From positions 86,108-150,107 of the IMG/VR virus record IMGVR_UViG_3300027708_000025: 64,000 bases of DNA; one strand, given 5' to 3'. This DNA is from a virus. The notes beneath the pieces were generated by a model. That model worked only from the letters and a program-made list of their open reading frames with translations, made no database searches and was not told the DNA's origin. Shown one piece after another: positions 35,681 to 46,200 of the stretch; position 1 is the first letter of the stretch, and every line of letters starts with the position of its first letter. A program made the position numbers and the translations under genes.

Positions 35681-36208
35681 TTATTCGAATGTAAAGTAGT
35701 CATAAGACCAAGTTACAGTAAACTCTTCAAGCGTATCTGTAGAGTCATACGATAAGTCAATTGTACTAACATCACTAGGCCAGCAGTTAACTAGCGTGTA
35801 TGAATAAACTACGTCACCTGCTTGATTAAGCTGTTCAACTAAAATAGATGAGAAATCTGTTGCATCTCCTCCAGTTAATGTTTTAGCTGTTTCTGAGTTG
35901 TAGTCTGTAGTACCATATTGTTTTTGTAAGTCTTCTAACGCTTCTCTGATTCTGTGATTAGAATCATTGATAACTGTTGTTGTCCAGTCAGCAAATGTTC
36001 TGTCTCCAGCCGCTTTGAATCGTCTACCGGCTGCAAATGGAACTTCAATAACACCTACTGTGGAGCCTGGAAGTTGAGCGGCTTTGCACAAGTAAGTGAA
36101 ATCTTCATTCAAATCATTAGATAGTCCAGATAGAGTAACTCTAAACAAATTTGAACGGGCGCCCGTTTTAAGAACGTCCTTCAAATTTTGAATTGTTGTA
36201 ATTGCCAT
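35681..36208 (-). CDS. gp19: Tail tube protein, paralogue 1
   Basis: GARSNLF, CKAAQLPGST, GDRTFADWTTTVIND and WPS.VS.IDLSYD..EEFTVTW.Y motifs. Confidence 0.92.
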   Translation of the reverse strand: MAITTIQNLKDVLKTGARSNLFRVTLSGLSNDLNEDFTYLCKAAQLPGSTVGVIEVPFAAGRRFKAAGDRTFADWTTTVINDSNHRIREALEDLQKQYGTTDYNSETAKTLTGGDATDFSSILVEQLNQAGDVVYSYTLVNCWPSDVSTIDLSYDSTDTLEEFTVTWSYDYFTFE

Positions 36209-36236
36209 ATAATTCTCCTTGTTTATTCTCTAGTAT

Positions 36237-38126
36237 TTATGCGGCAATTTCAGCAAATGTGGCGGTACCTCTTACAGAGACAAAGTTAAGTTGAATGAAG
36301 TTGACAGAACGAATTGGTTGTACGAAAATATCGCAAACAAATTCATTGGCATTTACTACATCTTCTGGATTATTTGTTTCATCACAAACAACTCTGAATG
36401 CTGTAATACCTCTTCTAGACTGAACGCTTCTCAAGTAAGGAACAACTAGACTTACAAAACCGCTTCTTGTTATTGCATCGTTTTGGTCAAACAATACATT
36501 GTCTGCGGCTTGTCCAATTGTTCTTTGCAATTCAATAAACAATCTACGAACATTAACACGATTCATTGATGTGTTCTTCAATGTGAATGTCTTGTCACCA
36601 AACAATACTGTGCCACGACCAATTTGTGTGATAATTGGATTGATGGCTGCCTTGTACAATGTGTCTCTGTCAGCTTGTGTTGGATTGTATGCTAAACGAA
36701 CTAAGTTTTGAATACGACCATTTTGGAAACCAGCTGGAGACAACCATGGTTCACGATTCAAATCGTTACGTGCCATACAACCTGCTGTGTCAGCATTCAA
36801 CGGAACATAAACATATACGTCATTGTATTTGTCGTACTGATATTTCCAACCGCTGTCCGCAACTGCGTATGTTGAGCGTGAAACTGTGTCTGCCCATGTG
36901 CTAATAGCAGATGCTTCAGAACCAGCATTGCTAACAACGTTTGCTCTCAATGGAGAGATACAAACAACAGCATCTTTTCTAGTTTCGGCAACATCAGCTA
37001 TAATTCTATTTACTACTGTAGCAGTTGCTTGACCAGCTACAATAATAGATGTTGGAACCTCTTGTTTGTTTGAAAGCAATACATAAGATGTTGATCTGTC
37101 GCCATCTGTCAATGCGTTACCATCAGAACCACCAGCTAAAGAATATGCTTTAGGTGTCGTTACTGCTGTGTAAGTTGTGGCAGACAATGTGTTACCCCAA
37201 TTAGAGCCAGCATTGTCATGTGCAGTCCACCAAACGTAGTTAGAACGATCATTAACTACATCTTTGTAGTAATTGCTACCACCACTATCCGCTTTAGCAT
37301 TAGAACCTTTAGAGAGATAACCAAATTTCTCTAAAACTGTATTTGCTGTACCAGTAATTTCACCTGTTCTGTCTTGAACAACAACGTGCAATTCATCGCC
37401 AGATGCGCCTGCGGCTGTTCCGGCTGTAGATGTTCCTGGTGCAGAATCAAATTCACCAAAGAATTCCCAACGGCGTGTTCCTGAAACAGCAGTAGCACCA
37501 GTTAAGTGTGCAGACTCTAATGTAAATGATGTTGCATTAGCAATCGCAACAACTTTAGTTGAACGACCAGACAATACAATAAAATCACCAACTTGCATTT
37601 GTGTATTTGCAAGACTTCCTGAACCGGTAACTGTTGTAGAACCTGCTGTTACAGTAAATGTTCCAGTTAATGTGTTAGAATAAGCCGCTGAACTTGGGCA
37701 AACAGAAACTTTAACTGCGTTTCCTAATGCACCAGAATAGCGAGCCGCCCATGGACCAACGTTCCAAGATGCTGTATTAATGTATGCATCATCATTCTTA
37801 ATAGCTGTACCAGTACCTGCTGTGCCTGAACCAGTTGTTGCTTCTGCTGTAGCATTCAACGCTGTGTTTGCACTACGAACAATATACAATGAACCAGAAT
37901 AACCTAAAAAGTTAGCGGCTGTTAAAAAGTCAACTACGTTAGTTGCATTTGGTTTACCAAATCTAGTAACTAAATCGGTTTCGTTTGTAACTTGTACTGC
38001 TTTATCGATAGGACCCCAACGGAATTGACCAGCAAATGCGCCAGATGTTGTAGATACCGACTGTGAGGAAGACACCAAATCTGTTTCGGTGATCTTGATT
38101 CCTGGTGAAATTAGACTTATAGCCAT
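36237..38126 (-). CDS. gp18: Tail sheath protein
   Basis: SPGI.I.E.D, F.WGP, YDKYND, PW.SPAG, R.NVRRLF and I.P.RS.NFI.LNF motifs. Confidence 0.97.
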   Translation of the reverse strand: MAISLISPGIKITETDLVSSSQSVSTTSGAFAGQFRWGPIDKAVQVTNETDLVTRFGKPNATNVVDFLTAANFLGYSGSLYIVRSANTALNATAEATTGSGTAGTGTAIKNDDAYINTASWNVGPWAARYSGALGNAVKVSVCPSSAAYSNTLTGTFTVTAGSTTVTGSGSLANTQMQVGDFIVLSGRSTKVVAIANATSFTLESAHLTGATAVSGTRRWEFFGEFDSAPGTSTAGTAAGASGDELHVVVQDRTGEITGTANTVLEKFGYLSKGSNAKADSGGSNYYKDVVNDRSNYVWWTAHDNAGSNWGNTLSATTYTAVTTPKAYSLAGGSDGNALTDGDRSTSYVLLSNKQEVPTSIIVAGQATATVVNRIIADVAETRKDAVVCISPLRANVVSNAGSEASAISTWADTVSRSTYAVADSGWKYQYDKYNDVYVYVPLNADTAGCMARNDLNREPWLSPAGFQNGRIQNLVRLAYNPTQADRDTLYKAAINPIITQIGRGTVLFGDKTFTLKNTSMNRVNVRRLFIELQRTIGQAADNVLFDQNDAITRSGFVSLVVPYLRSVQSRRGITAFRVVCDETNNPEDVVNANEFVCDIFVQPIRSVNFIQLNFVSVRGTATFAEIAA

Positions 38127-38174
38127 TGAATTCTCCTTGTTATAATGATGTTTTGTTGTTAGGTTTGTTTAATT

Positions 38175-38182
38175 TATTTATA
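38175..38182 (-). promoter_or_regulatory. T4-type late promoter
   Basis: TATAAATA upstream of gp18. Confidence 0.82.
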
Positions 38183-39806
38183 AAAAATCAGATTTGTGAT
38201 AATTCTCTACCTGCCAAACCTGTCCACTCACATCAACTAATTGATTCTCTTCTTCTCCATTATTTATGAAGCCAAAAGGAGTAATTTCCTCTTCAATCAT
38301 TTTGATTCTTGCTTCGTACAATTCTTTTCGTATATTAATGTTAGTTAACTCTTTGAAATAAGAGTTTGTTGTCAACCACGAAAATAACACTAAAGGCATA
38401 ACTAAGTCATCGTGATATCCCTCATCAGCAGAGTAACTGTTTCTTTTTTCAATGAACGTTGAAATTTCTGCTATAGTGTCAGCATCTGTAATGATAAGTT
38501 TTTTTTCTTCAACCATTGATTTAAAGTTAGAACATCCGATGCGTTTAACTTTCTTGTCTGTAATAACACCTAGTTGTGTCTTACCCCCACCAAATCCCCC
38601 ATTGACAACTTGCCCTTGAGGTGTTCTAGAAACGGATATGATATTCTCATATTCGTATTCCGCATAAAGAATCTCTGCAACTTGTTCTGAAGAATTGATT
38701 TCAATTAGAACGTATGCTTCATTGTATTCTTTACCTATTCTGTAAAGTACTGATGGATATAAAAGTGGGCTGATTTGATTGTTTCTGTATTTGCCTACAA
38801 TTTTATATGGCATCTGAGTTATGTCAATAATCTGAAATGCTGAATAGTCACCACCGACACCTTTAGCGGTGTCTGCAACAATACAATACGCATGATCTTT
38901 TTCTACCTTCTCATATATATCTAACCCATCTTTTTGATACATGATAGGTTTAGCAGACATTTGTGCAATAGAGTCTGAAGCAATGAGTGTCAAACTAGAA
39001 CCTAAGAAGTTACATAGCACTTCTTGATTGAACTTTAATTCACCAAGTAATCTTCGCTGTTCAGTCGCCCATGCTTCGTCACGTCCAGGAATCTCCCAAT
39101 AGGGAATAAACAAATTGACAAATCCATTTCTGTCGCTCTCTGCATCATTCCAAAACTTCCAGAAATGATTGTATCCTAGAGGGGTAGAACTTAGCAAAAT
39201 CTTTGTTGTTTCACCAGCAGAAATCGTAGGATAAACTGAGGTGAAGAATTGTTCTGCTACATTGTTCGGTATGATAGCGGCTTCGTCAACATACAATAAG
39301 TTAACTGATTTACCACGAATACCTGATGCGCTTGTTGCGGCTGTGAATACGATTGACCCATTCTCTAAAGCAATGTCACCTTTGTTCCATGTGGTGACAC
39401 CTTGCTGAAGCCACGTAGGAAGATTCTCATACATGATTTGATAACGATATAAAACCTCTCTAGCGGCAGTCGCTTTGTTTGCTAGAATTGCTACAGTCTT
39501 GCTTCCTTGAAACAATGTGTACCAAAGAATATATGCGGCTGAAGTTGTTGTTTTGCCTTGTTGGCGCCCTTCCATAAGAATAACTTTACGATTCTCATGG
39601 ATGATTTTTACTTTATTCTTTTGACAATCATAAAGTTTGAATGGCTGAAGCCCGTGATCTAGCGTGACAATCTTACAATAACTTTCTATGAAGTATATCG
39701 GATCGTCAGCGCATTTCAAGTATTCTTCAATTTCGTCTTTTGTGAAATTTAATGGAACACCAGATGCTTTTAAAAGAGAATTTCCTAGATAGGATTTTGC
39801 TGTCAT
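38178..39806 (-). CDS. gp17: Terminase large subunit
   Basis: RQQGKT, LANK, YVDEAA, SSTPLG, D.A.G.G.DYS and HDDLVM motifs. Confidence 0.98.
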   Translation of the reverse strand: MTAKSYLGNSLLKASGVPLNFTKDEIEEYLKCADDPIYFIESYCKIVTLDHGLQPFKLYDCQKNKVKIIHENRKVILMEGRQQGKTTTSAAYILWYTLFQGSKTVAILANKATAAREVLYRYQIMYENLPTWLQQGVTTWNKGDIALENGSIVFTAATSASGIRGKSVNLLYVDEAAIIPNNVAEQFFTSVYPTISAGETTKILLSSTPLGYNHFWKFWNDAESDRNGFVNLFIPYWEIPGRDEAWATEQRRLLGELKFNQEVLCNFLGSSLTLIASDSIAQMSAKPIMYQKDGLDIYEKVEKDHAYCIVADTAKGVGGDYSAFQIIDITQMPYKIVGKYRNNQISPLLYPSVLYRIGKEYNEAYVLIEINSSEQVAEILYAEYEYENIISVSRTPQGQVVNGGFGGGKTQLGVITDKKVKRIGCSNFKSMVEEKKLIITDADTIAEISTFIEKRNSYSADEGYHDDLVMPLVLFSWLTTNSYFKELTNINIRKELYEARIKMIEEEITPFGFINNGEEENQLVDVSGQVWQVENYHKSDFL

Positions 39807-40228
39807 CTCTTACCAATTAGTTTTTGTAATTCTGCTGTGCTACCAACAAACAATGCATTAGTGACATGCTGTGGTTGTTGTGTGTCATCTTTTTTAGATT
39901 TCAAGTCTTTTACTTTTTTACCTAAGTCTAACAAATCTTTGTTAGTGTCTGACAATGTTTTAATCAATTGTCCAACAACTTCATATGCTCTTGGTGATTC
40001 GCCTTCTTTAGCTAAAAAGATAATGTTTTCCATAGCAACTTTGCCTTGCTCAATGAATAGCTTTAGATTCTCTCTCGCATATTCATAGTCAGCATCAATA
40101 GATTCATCATTTGGTGCGCCAGTAGTTTCTTTTGGTTGTTCTACTACTACAGGTACCGATGCTTGTTCAACAATCTTACCTTGCACATCAAAAATGTCAT
40201 TCAATTTATCATTAACAGATTTTTTCAT
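39803..40228 (-). CDS. gp16: Terminase small subunit
   Basis: DYEYARENL, PRAYEV and FVGSTAELQK motifs. Confidence 0.94.
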   Translation of the reverse strand: MKKSVNDKLNDIFDVQGKIVEQASVPVVVEQPKETTGAPNDESIDADYEYARENLKLFIEQGKVAMENIIFLAKEGESPRAYEVVGQLIKTLSDTNKDLLDLGKKVKDLKSKKDDTQQPQHVTNALFVGSTAELQKLIGKR

Positions 40229-40965
40229 GTATTATTTGTAATTGTTTCACTAACGTTAAATTCGGAATCACCACTAAATGACTGTATATTTATGATGTTA
40301 GAATTAATCCCATTTGTTACTGAAGTGTTAACATCTGCATTCGAAATATATTTGAACTTTATGCTAGGTCCAAATAGATATCCTTTGACAGTAAAGTCCA
40401 TCTGCCACGAAAGGACTCTACGTCCATCAAAATCGCCTTCATATGAATCATCGACACTTACGTTGGTTAATTCAATTGGTACGTCCATGTTAATTCCTAA
40501 TTCAGGAATAAGTTTCATTGTAACAATCCAATCTGGTGTAAAAAATGGAATAATTTGTTCTACAATTTGCGTACCATCTTCTGCATATCGAACCAATGCA
40601 TATAAAGAAAAGTTGATATCATATGGAACTGGTGTGTAAGTATAACTAAAATCATTACCTCCAGTATTGAGTCCTTTTACGGTCTTATGTGCGCTATTTA
40701 ATTTTCTTTGTGGTGCATATGTGATGCTGGTAAACTCAAACCCCATTCTAGGAAGAGTAACAGCAAGTGGACGATTCAATGTTGGATCGGCTAAAACACG
40801 TTGAACAAATTTTTGTTTAGGCGAATATTCAATAGGAACGCTGATTGTTTGTTGTTTATTTCCATCGCTATCATATCTTTCGACTTGAATTTCATTAAAC
40901 AAGTTTCCAAACATAACGACATAGCGCCTTAAAGTGCCGTGATAAAAATCGTGACCGAACATCAT
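40225..40965 (-). CDS. gp15: Tail sheath stabilizer / completion protein
   Basis: FG.LFN.I, LPRMGFE, PVPY and QI.EQI.P.F.P motifs. Confidence 0.94.
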   Translation of the reverse strand: MMFGHDFYHGTLRRYVVMFGNLFNEIQVERYDSDGNKQQTISVPIEYSPKQKFVQRVLADPTLNRPLAVTLPRMGFEFTSITYAPQRKLNSAHKTVKGLNTGGNDFSYTYTPVPYDINFSLYALVRYAEDGTQIVEQIIPFFTPDWIVTMKLIPELGINMDVPIELTNVSVDDSYEGDFDGRRVLSWQMDFTVKGYLFGPSIKFKYISNADVNTSVTNGINSNIINIQSFSGDSEFNVSETITNNT

Positions 40966-40967
40966 AG

Positions 40968-41783
40968 TTAATAAGTCCTTGTAAGTGCAAATGGATTTTG
41001 TTCAGAGAAGTCGAGAATATCACCGTCAATGATTTTCTGTCCAATTATTTCGTTGTCCGCAGCCACCTCAAATGGTATGATTGTATCTCCTTCTGCAAGG
41101 AGTCTAGTGCCATCTTCTAAAGCAAAAATACTGTTATCTACTTCATCTAATAGTTTTTCAATATTATCAGTAGAAAGACTGTATTGATCTTCGATTGCAT
41201 CGATCTCTGCAACACCAGTATCAAGTTTTTCGCTAGAGTATTCAAATCTATCACAACGCATTTCGAATGTGTATACGTCACCTAACTGATAAAAATTTTC
41301 AATGTTCTCTGCAAATTTAATTTCGTACATATAACCAAGCAAAGGAATCCAAATTAAGTCTCCCTCTCTTGGTCTTAAAATATCTGTGTAGTCATATGTT
41401 TGCATATCTATGAGATATCCATCATCTTCAAGTCGAATATTGTATCCATACTCAGTATTGATTAGTGGCTTGAGTGATTCAATGAATCTGTGCTGTGCAA
41501 CAAGAAACGTAATCGATTCATCAATCTGAAGACCAAATTTAGATAAGAAATCTTCTTGTCCTTGAAAGCCATCATAACTCTTGACATACATTTCCATAGA
41601 CAATGCATCTTCATATTTTACTAATCCATCTTCACCATAAATTTTATCCAAGTTAACTTGTGTTCTTGGGATGTAATATCCATCTATACCATAAATTTTT
41701 ATAGCTTCAGAGACTAAACTGTGGATTAGATTCTGCTCTTGTTTTACAAAAGCATACTGATTAAAATAACGATTACGTGCCAT
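40968..41783 (-). CDS. gp14: Neck protein
   Basis: EQ.L...LV.E.I.IYG, SKFGL, P.EGDLI, FYQLG and FEYS.E motifs. Confidence 0.94.
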   Translation of the reverse strand: MARNRYFNQYAFVKQEQNLIHSLVSEAIKIYGIDGYYIPRTQVNLDKIYGEDGLVKYEDALSMEMYVKSYDGFQGQEDFLSKFGLQIDESITFLVAQHRFIESLKPLINTEYGYNIRLEDDGYLIDMQTYDYTDILRPREGDLIWIPLLGYMYEIKFAENIENFYQLGDVYTFEMRCDRFEYSSEKLDTGVAEIDAIEDQYSLSTDNIEKLLDEVDNSIFALEDGTRLLAEGDTIIPFEVAADNEIIGQKIIDGDILDFSEQNPFALTRTY

Positions 41784-41785
41784 GA

Positions 41786-42535
41786 TTACCCTAGCATGTC
41801 AGTAACAGGTAAAGAATACGAACTAATCATTTCAGCTTCTATAGCTTGAATTTCGTCTGTAGCTTCATCCCATATCTTCTGCCCATTGAACGTAATACCA
41901 CCTGGCATAGAGAGTCCTTCAAACTTTTTCAAGTTTTCGCCCCATTGCTTTTTGATTTGTGCGGTGCAATATTTTTGCAACCATCTGTCGTTATAAACAT
42001 CTGTGTATGTGTCAGGGTTTATCTTTTGATATGCTTCAATAATAATATATTCGCCAAGCAAAACTTTTTCACCCCAAGCAATGTCTATATTTAATCTATT
42101 TGCGTGTCTTTGAAAACGAATGGCTTGTTTGCCAACGAACAATTCTTCAGCTAAAGCAACGTTTTGCAATGCCATGTAGTATGGTGCAAATGGACCAGTA
42201 TTGAAAGCAAACAAGTCATTCAATGCAATCTGATATCTCAAATTGAATAGATTGTTTGTGGAATAACTATTACCTAATGGAAGAATATTGATTACACCAA
42301 TGACAGAATCATCTATTGAAAGATACTTATTATCAATGTCTGTTTGTGTGACTGCGTGTGCTAGATAGACTTTTTCTGTTGCATCGTAGTGATAGTCGTA
42401 GTAGTATGAGAATGACATTTCAATACAATCTTCAACTTGATCGTCATCTACGTTTATCTCTAAGAGAGGTGCACCTAGTCTTCTAAGACAGAATTGTTTT
42501 AATTCTTCTCTTGATGCTGGTTTGCTAGTACTCAT
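41786..42535 (-). CDS. gp13: Neck protein
   Basis: CLRRLGAP..EINVDDDQ.ED, K.QWG.NL.KF and LSMPGG.T.NG motifs. Confidence 0.95.
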   Translation of the reverse strand: MSTSKPASREELKQFCLRRLGAPLLEINVDDDQVEDCIEMSFSYYYDYHYDATEKVYLAHAVTQTDIDNKYLSIDDSVIGVINILPLGNSYSTNNLFNLRYQIALNDLFAFNTGPFAPYYMALQNVALAEELFVGKQAIRFQRHANRLNIDIAWGEKVLLGEYIIIEAYQKINPDTYTDVYNDRWLQKYCTAQIKKQWGENLKKFEGLSMPGGITFNGQKIWDEATDEIQAIEAEMISSYSLPVTDMLG

Positions 42536-42559
42536 TTTTTCCCCTTATATATCATCTTC

Positions 42560-42567
42560 TATTTATA
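42560..42567 (-). promoter_or_regulatory. T4-type late promoter
   Basis: TATAAATA upstream of gp13. Confidence 0.82.
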
Positions 42568-42581
42568 ATATCTAAAGAAAC

Positions 42582-42608
42582 AAAAAACCCGCTGATGAGG
42601 CGGGTTTT
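42582..42608 (-). terminator. Intrinsic terminator (possibly bidirectional) ending the baseplate/adhesin operon
   Basis: AAAACCCGC-N7-GCGGGTTTT with T runs on both strands. Confidence 0.85.
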
Positions 42609-42632
42609 GTTGAGTATACTATTAGAGTGGCA

Positions 42633-43205
42633 TTAAGTCCAATTAGCAGATTTAACTGCTGTAATGAATGCTGGCATGTCAGCGGCCGCTGTCACAGCCG
42701 CAATTAATCTATCGCATTCGGTAAGAATGGCCGCACGTTTAGTTGCTACATCAGTAGGAATTGCTATATTGCGTTCTGCTTTGCGAATCACCATCCAATC
42801 AGTCTGAGCAAGCATTGAATTAGCTGTTTGCTTAAACTGAGTCTTGTATTGTGATTTCAATCCTTTAGTGACTAGTTGTTCAGTTGAATCTACCATTGCG
42901 CCGTGTTCACCAGCCGTAGCATCCCAGACTTTAACATACATGGGTGTGTTATCTTCATTGACTTCTAATCTATCTTCTAAAATCTTAGGTGTGCTGACAT
43001 ATGTTCGTGTGACAGAATCTGCGCCCACTTCATATTTGTCAAATGTGACGAAATAGAATTGTTGATCTTCTTGATGCCCGTCAACAATTGGTCTAGCACC
43101 ATGTTGAATACCATAGAGATGGCTAGGTGCAGGTTCATTTGGAAACAGAGTTCGTAATTCACCAATTTCTGAGATTTCGTTGTTTTGTGTTATTAATGCG
43201 TACAT
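42633..43205 (-). CDS. Tail fibre assembly chaperone-like protein
   Basis: C-terminal LAQTDWMVIRKAE...R helical motif; directly after the fibre genes. Confidence 0.65.
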   Translation of the reverse strand: MYALITQNNEISEIGELRTLFPNEPAPSHLYGIQHGARPIVDGHQEDQQFYFVTFDKYEVGADSVTRTYVSTPKILEDRLEVNEDNTPMYVKVWDATAGEHGAMVDSTEQLVTKGLKSQYKTQFKQTANSMLAQTDWMVIRKAERNIAIPTDVATKRAAILTECDRLIAAVTAAADMPAFITAVKSANWT

Positions 43206-43216
43206 ATTTTTTTTCC

Positions 43217-46200
43217 TTATCGTGCGAGTGAATATTTAAAAGGTGTAGAAGCAAATGCGGCATAAATATAAGTTACGCCAGATTGATTAGGCGAACCAGT
43301 ATCATTTGAATATTTAAATCCATTAGACAAAATAAGTTGTCCAACATCACTTACTTGTGTTTCATTGGTATCTGCTCTTATTCCATAATTTGTAATATTT
43401 GATGGGTTTCTTGAAGTATCGGTTATCCACCAATCAGATGAGTACCCACTCGATGATTTAATCATCACAAATGCGGGTTTAAATCCTGTGTGTACAAAAG
43501 GACCATCAGCAGAACCATTGCCTGTGTAAGTACCAAACGCAGAATATCCTGCTACTGGTGCAAAGCAGTAAGCAAGCATTGTGTTGGTACTAAAGAATGA
43601 ACCTGTCGTAAATACAGAAGATGTTGGTGCTGTATCATTCCACGCTCCGCTTGATGTTGTTGCCGCATCTGTTGACATTGTTGTGTATTTGGTAGCGCCC
43701 GTACCTATATGGTAAATAAACCAATTTTGAACGCCTGCTCTACTTTTAACAATAATCATACTAGGTGCAACACCAAGACCGTGGCCAACTGTTCCATTTG
43801 TAACACCCGTATAAGTCACCACACTAAACCCACTTGTAGGGTTAGCACTTACTGTAGAAGTAATAGAGCCTGATGTGTTTGTTACTGCTGTGCCGCCAGC
43901 TTTCCATTGCCAGCCTACATAAGTGTAAGGACTTTGATTTAAAGAACCAGAACTAGTAGTAAACGTAAATCCATTAGTGGTTCCTGCGATGCCAAAGTTG
44001 TAGGCGCTTTCAGCGGCTGTAGAGTTTATTGCGATATAATTTGTGTATCCTCTAACCGAATCAACAAGAAAATGAGCTACTGCAAGATCACGACCTTTTA
44101 CCCATATTAAACCACCACCATTAGCTAAGTCTACATTGCTTGTGATGGGTCGAGGATTAACATTGTCACCATTTGCAGCCCATGTACTAGCATCAAAAAA
44201 CTCACTAGCCAAAGTTGCGGCCGTTGCCCCAATCGTAGGCGTTGGTAAGTTCTGTGTGCAAAGTGCTTTGAAGCCACTTGGTGCTGTGTAGGCAAATGGG
44301 CGTTGACCGAAGTTATGTGTGCAACTGTCTGTTGTATCAAAACCGCTTGTAGCTGGATTTAATGTGTAGCCTGACAAATTGGTATATGCGGCATTTGTTC
44401 CCGCTACTGGGTCACCACTTGCAAACCAAGTACCGTTTTTACCCCACCAAATTTTGCCTGAATCCATATCCATAGCAACAATCATCACATCATTTTGGGC
44501 AAACGCAGAACCATACGCAGTTCCTGATCCTGTGTTGTTTCTTTTATTCCCATCTGAAGCGTATACGCCCCAAGAATTATTGTATGCACCGACATAACTG
44601 GTACTTGGATTGGTGGTTACGTTGTATGTATTGTCATCAACGCCATGCATAACAAGTTGAGATGTACCTGTTATTGTTACCTCCCAATACCATTTTCCAC
44701 TTGCTACAGCAATAGATGCCCGTGCAGAATTCCAACCACCAGAAGCAGTTACTTGGTCTAAGTTGCCATTTGTCAGCGTTACTGTTGAACCTTTATTGAG
44801 GGGGTTCATTGTTGAGTAATTTCCTCGCACCTCACCACCCACACCAGTATCAGTTCCATACGATGTTGGTGTATCAACAAGAGAGTCATTACCCGCACCA
44901 GCAGACACAGAGAAGTTATTAGGTGTCCAGTTGTTGCCGTTACCTGATGAGTCTGCGCCTAATGTAGCCGCTGTTGTGTTGCTGTTGTCTGAGAAGTTCA
45001 AATAGTAACCATTAGTTCCGTATGTACCAATATACTTGAGTGGTGCCCATACTCCTGTATTTGGATTTGTCCAACCAAATGATGAAGGGGTTAATGCTTG
45101 ACCATCAATAAAATTTATTTCTGCCAAATATGCATTAAGTTGATAGCCTTGTCCACTAGAACTATAAGCGCCTATTCTATGTGTAAATGAAGTATAATTC
45201 ATATATGAGTCTTTATTACGTGTAGGTAAAGCTGAACCAGTAGTCAATGCTTGCCTAACACCGTTTACATATATTTTTACTCTATCAGTTGAAGTTAATT
45301 GCGTTGAATCATGTGCCAGTACTATATGATACCATGCAGATAAATCTTTAAAAACGGCAGATGTTTCAACGGTATCAGTCGATACAGACGAGTCAGACCA
45401 AACAAGAGTGTCTACATTTGAATTATATGAACCAAATGTTAATTGGCCAGTTCCTGTTGATAAGTCTGATGCTCCAAAAATAGCAGGAGTTTCAAGATTA
45501 GAAGTGTTTATAGATGTTCTTTTTACCCATCCACTCCATGTCCATGTTTTACGATTTCCACTAGCACCAACAGTACGATTAAAAAACGCAAGATCAGGTT
45601 TGTTTAATCTTATGCTACGTGAAATCTGATAATCAGGATTTGTGTACAACGTTGGTGTTTTTGGAGCCAAGACACCATTTGCGTAGAATGTGTGGATGAT
45701 GTATCCATTAGCGTAGCTTAATGTACCACCAGTGAAGAACTGAGTTGTACCTGGATAACGAATGATGACAATGCCTGAACCGCCTGCGGCTCCCGAAAGA
45801 TTACCAGGATCTTGGCGATAACCGCCTCCACCACCTCCGCTATTAACTGCGCCAGCATATCCAGCATCACCGCCACCACCTACTCCACCTACACCAATAC
45901 TTTGATAACCACCACCAGCACCGCCTCCAGCATAAGTAGTGGCTGTGCCAGATATAGCAGATGCAATGCCTGCACCACCATTAGCACCTACATAATTTGC
46001 CGGCGATTGAAGTCCTACTGTTCCAGCACCGCCACCACCACCTGTTGTAGATGTTGCGCCGTTACTAGCATTACCGCCTGCATTTCCTTGACCAGATGTG
46101 CCGTTACCGCCTGCAGAAGTCTGATAAGCACCTCCACCTGATCCACCTGAGTATGCACCACCCGACACATCTGATGGATAGTTATTAACACCTTGACTAC

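Noticed and set aside
1132-39806. Introns, inteins or homing endonucleases in gp43, gp46, uvsW, gp17, gp20 or gp23
   Set aside because: All are continuous and of ordinary length; no HNH, GIY-YIG, LAGLIDADG or splice motifs were seen.
42592-42599. CTGATGAG, the hammerhead ribozyme core, on the plus strand
   Set aside because: It is the loop of a terminator hairpin; no suitably placed GAAA or stems II/III.
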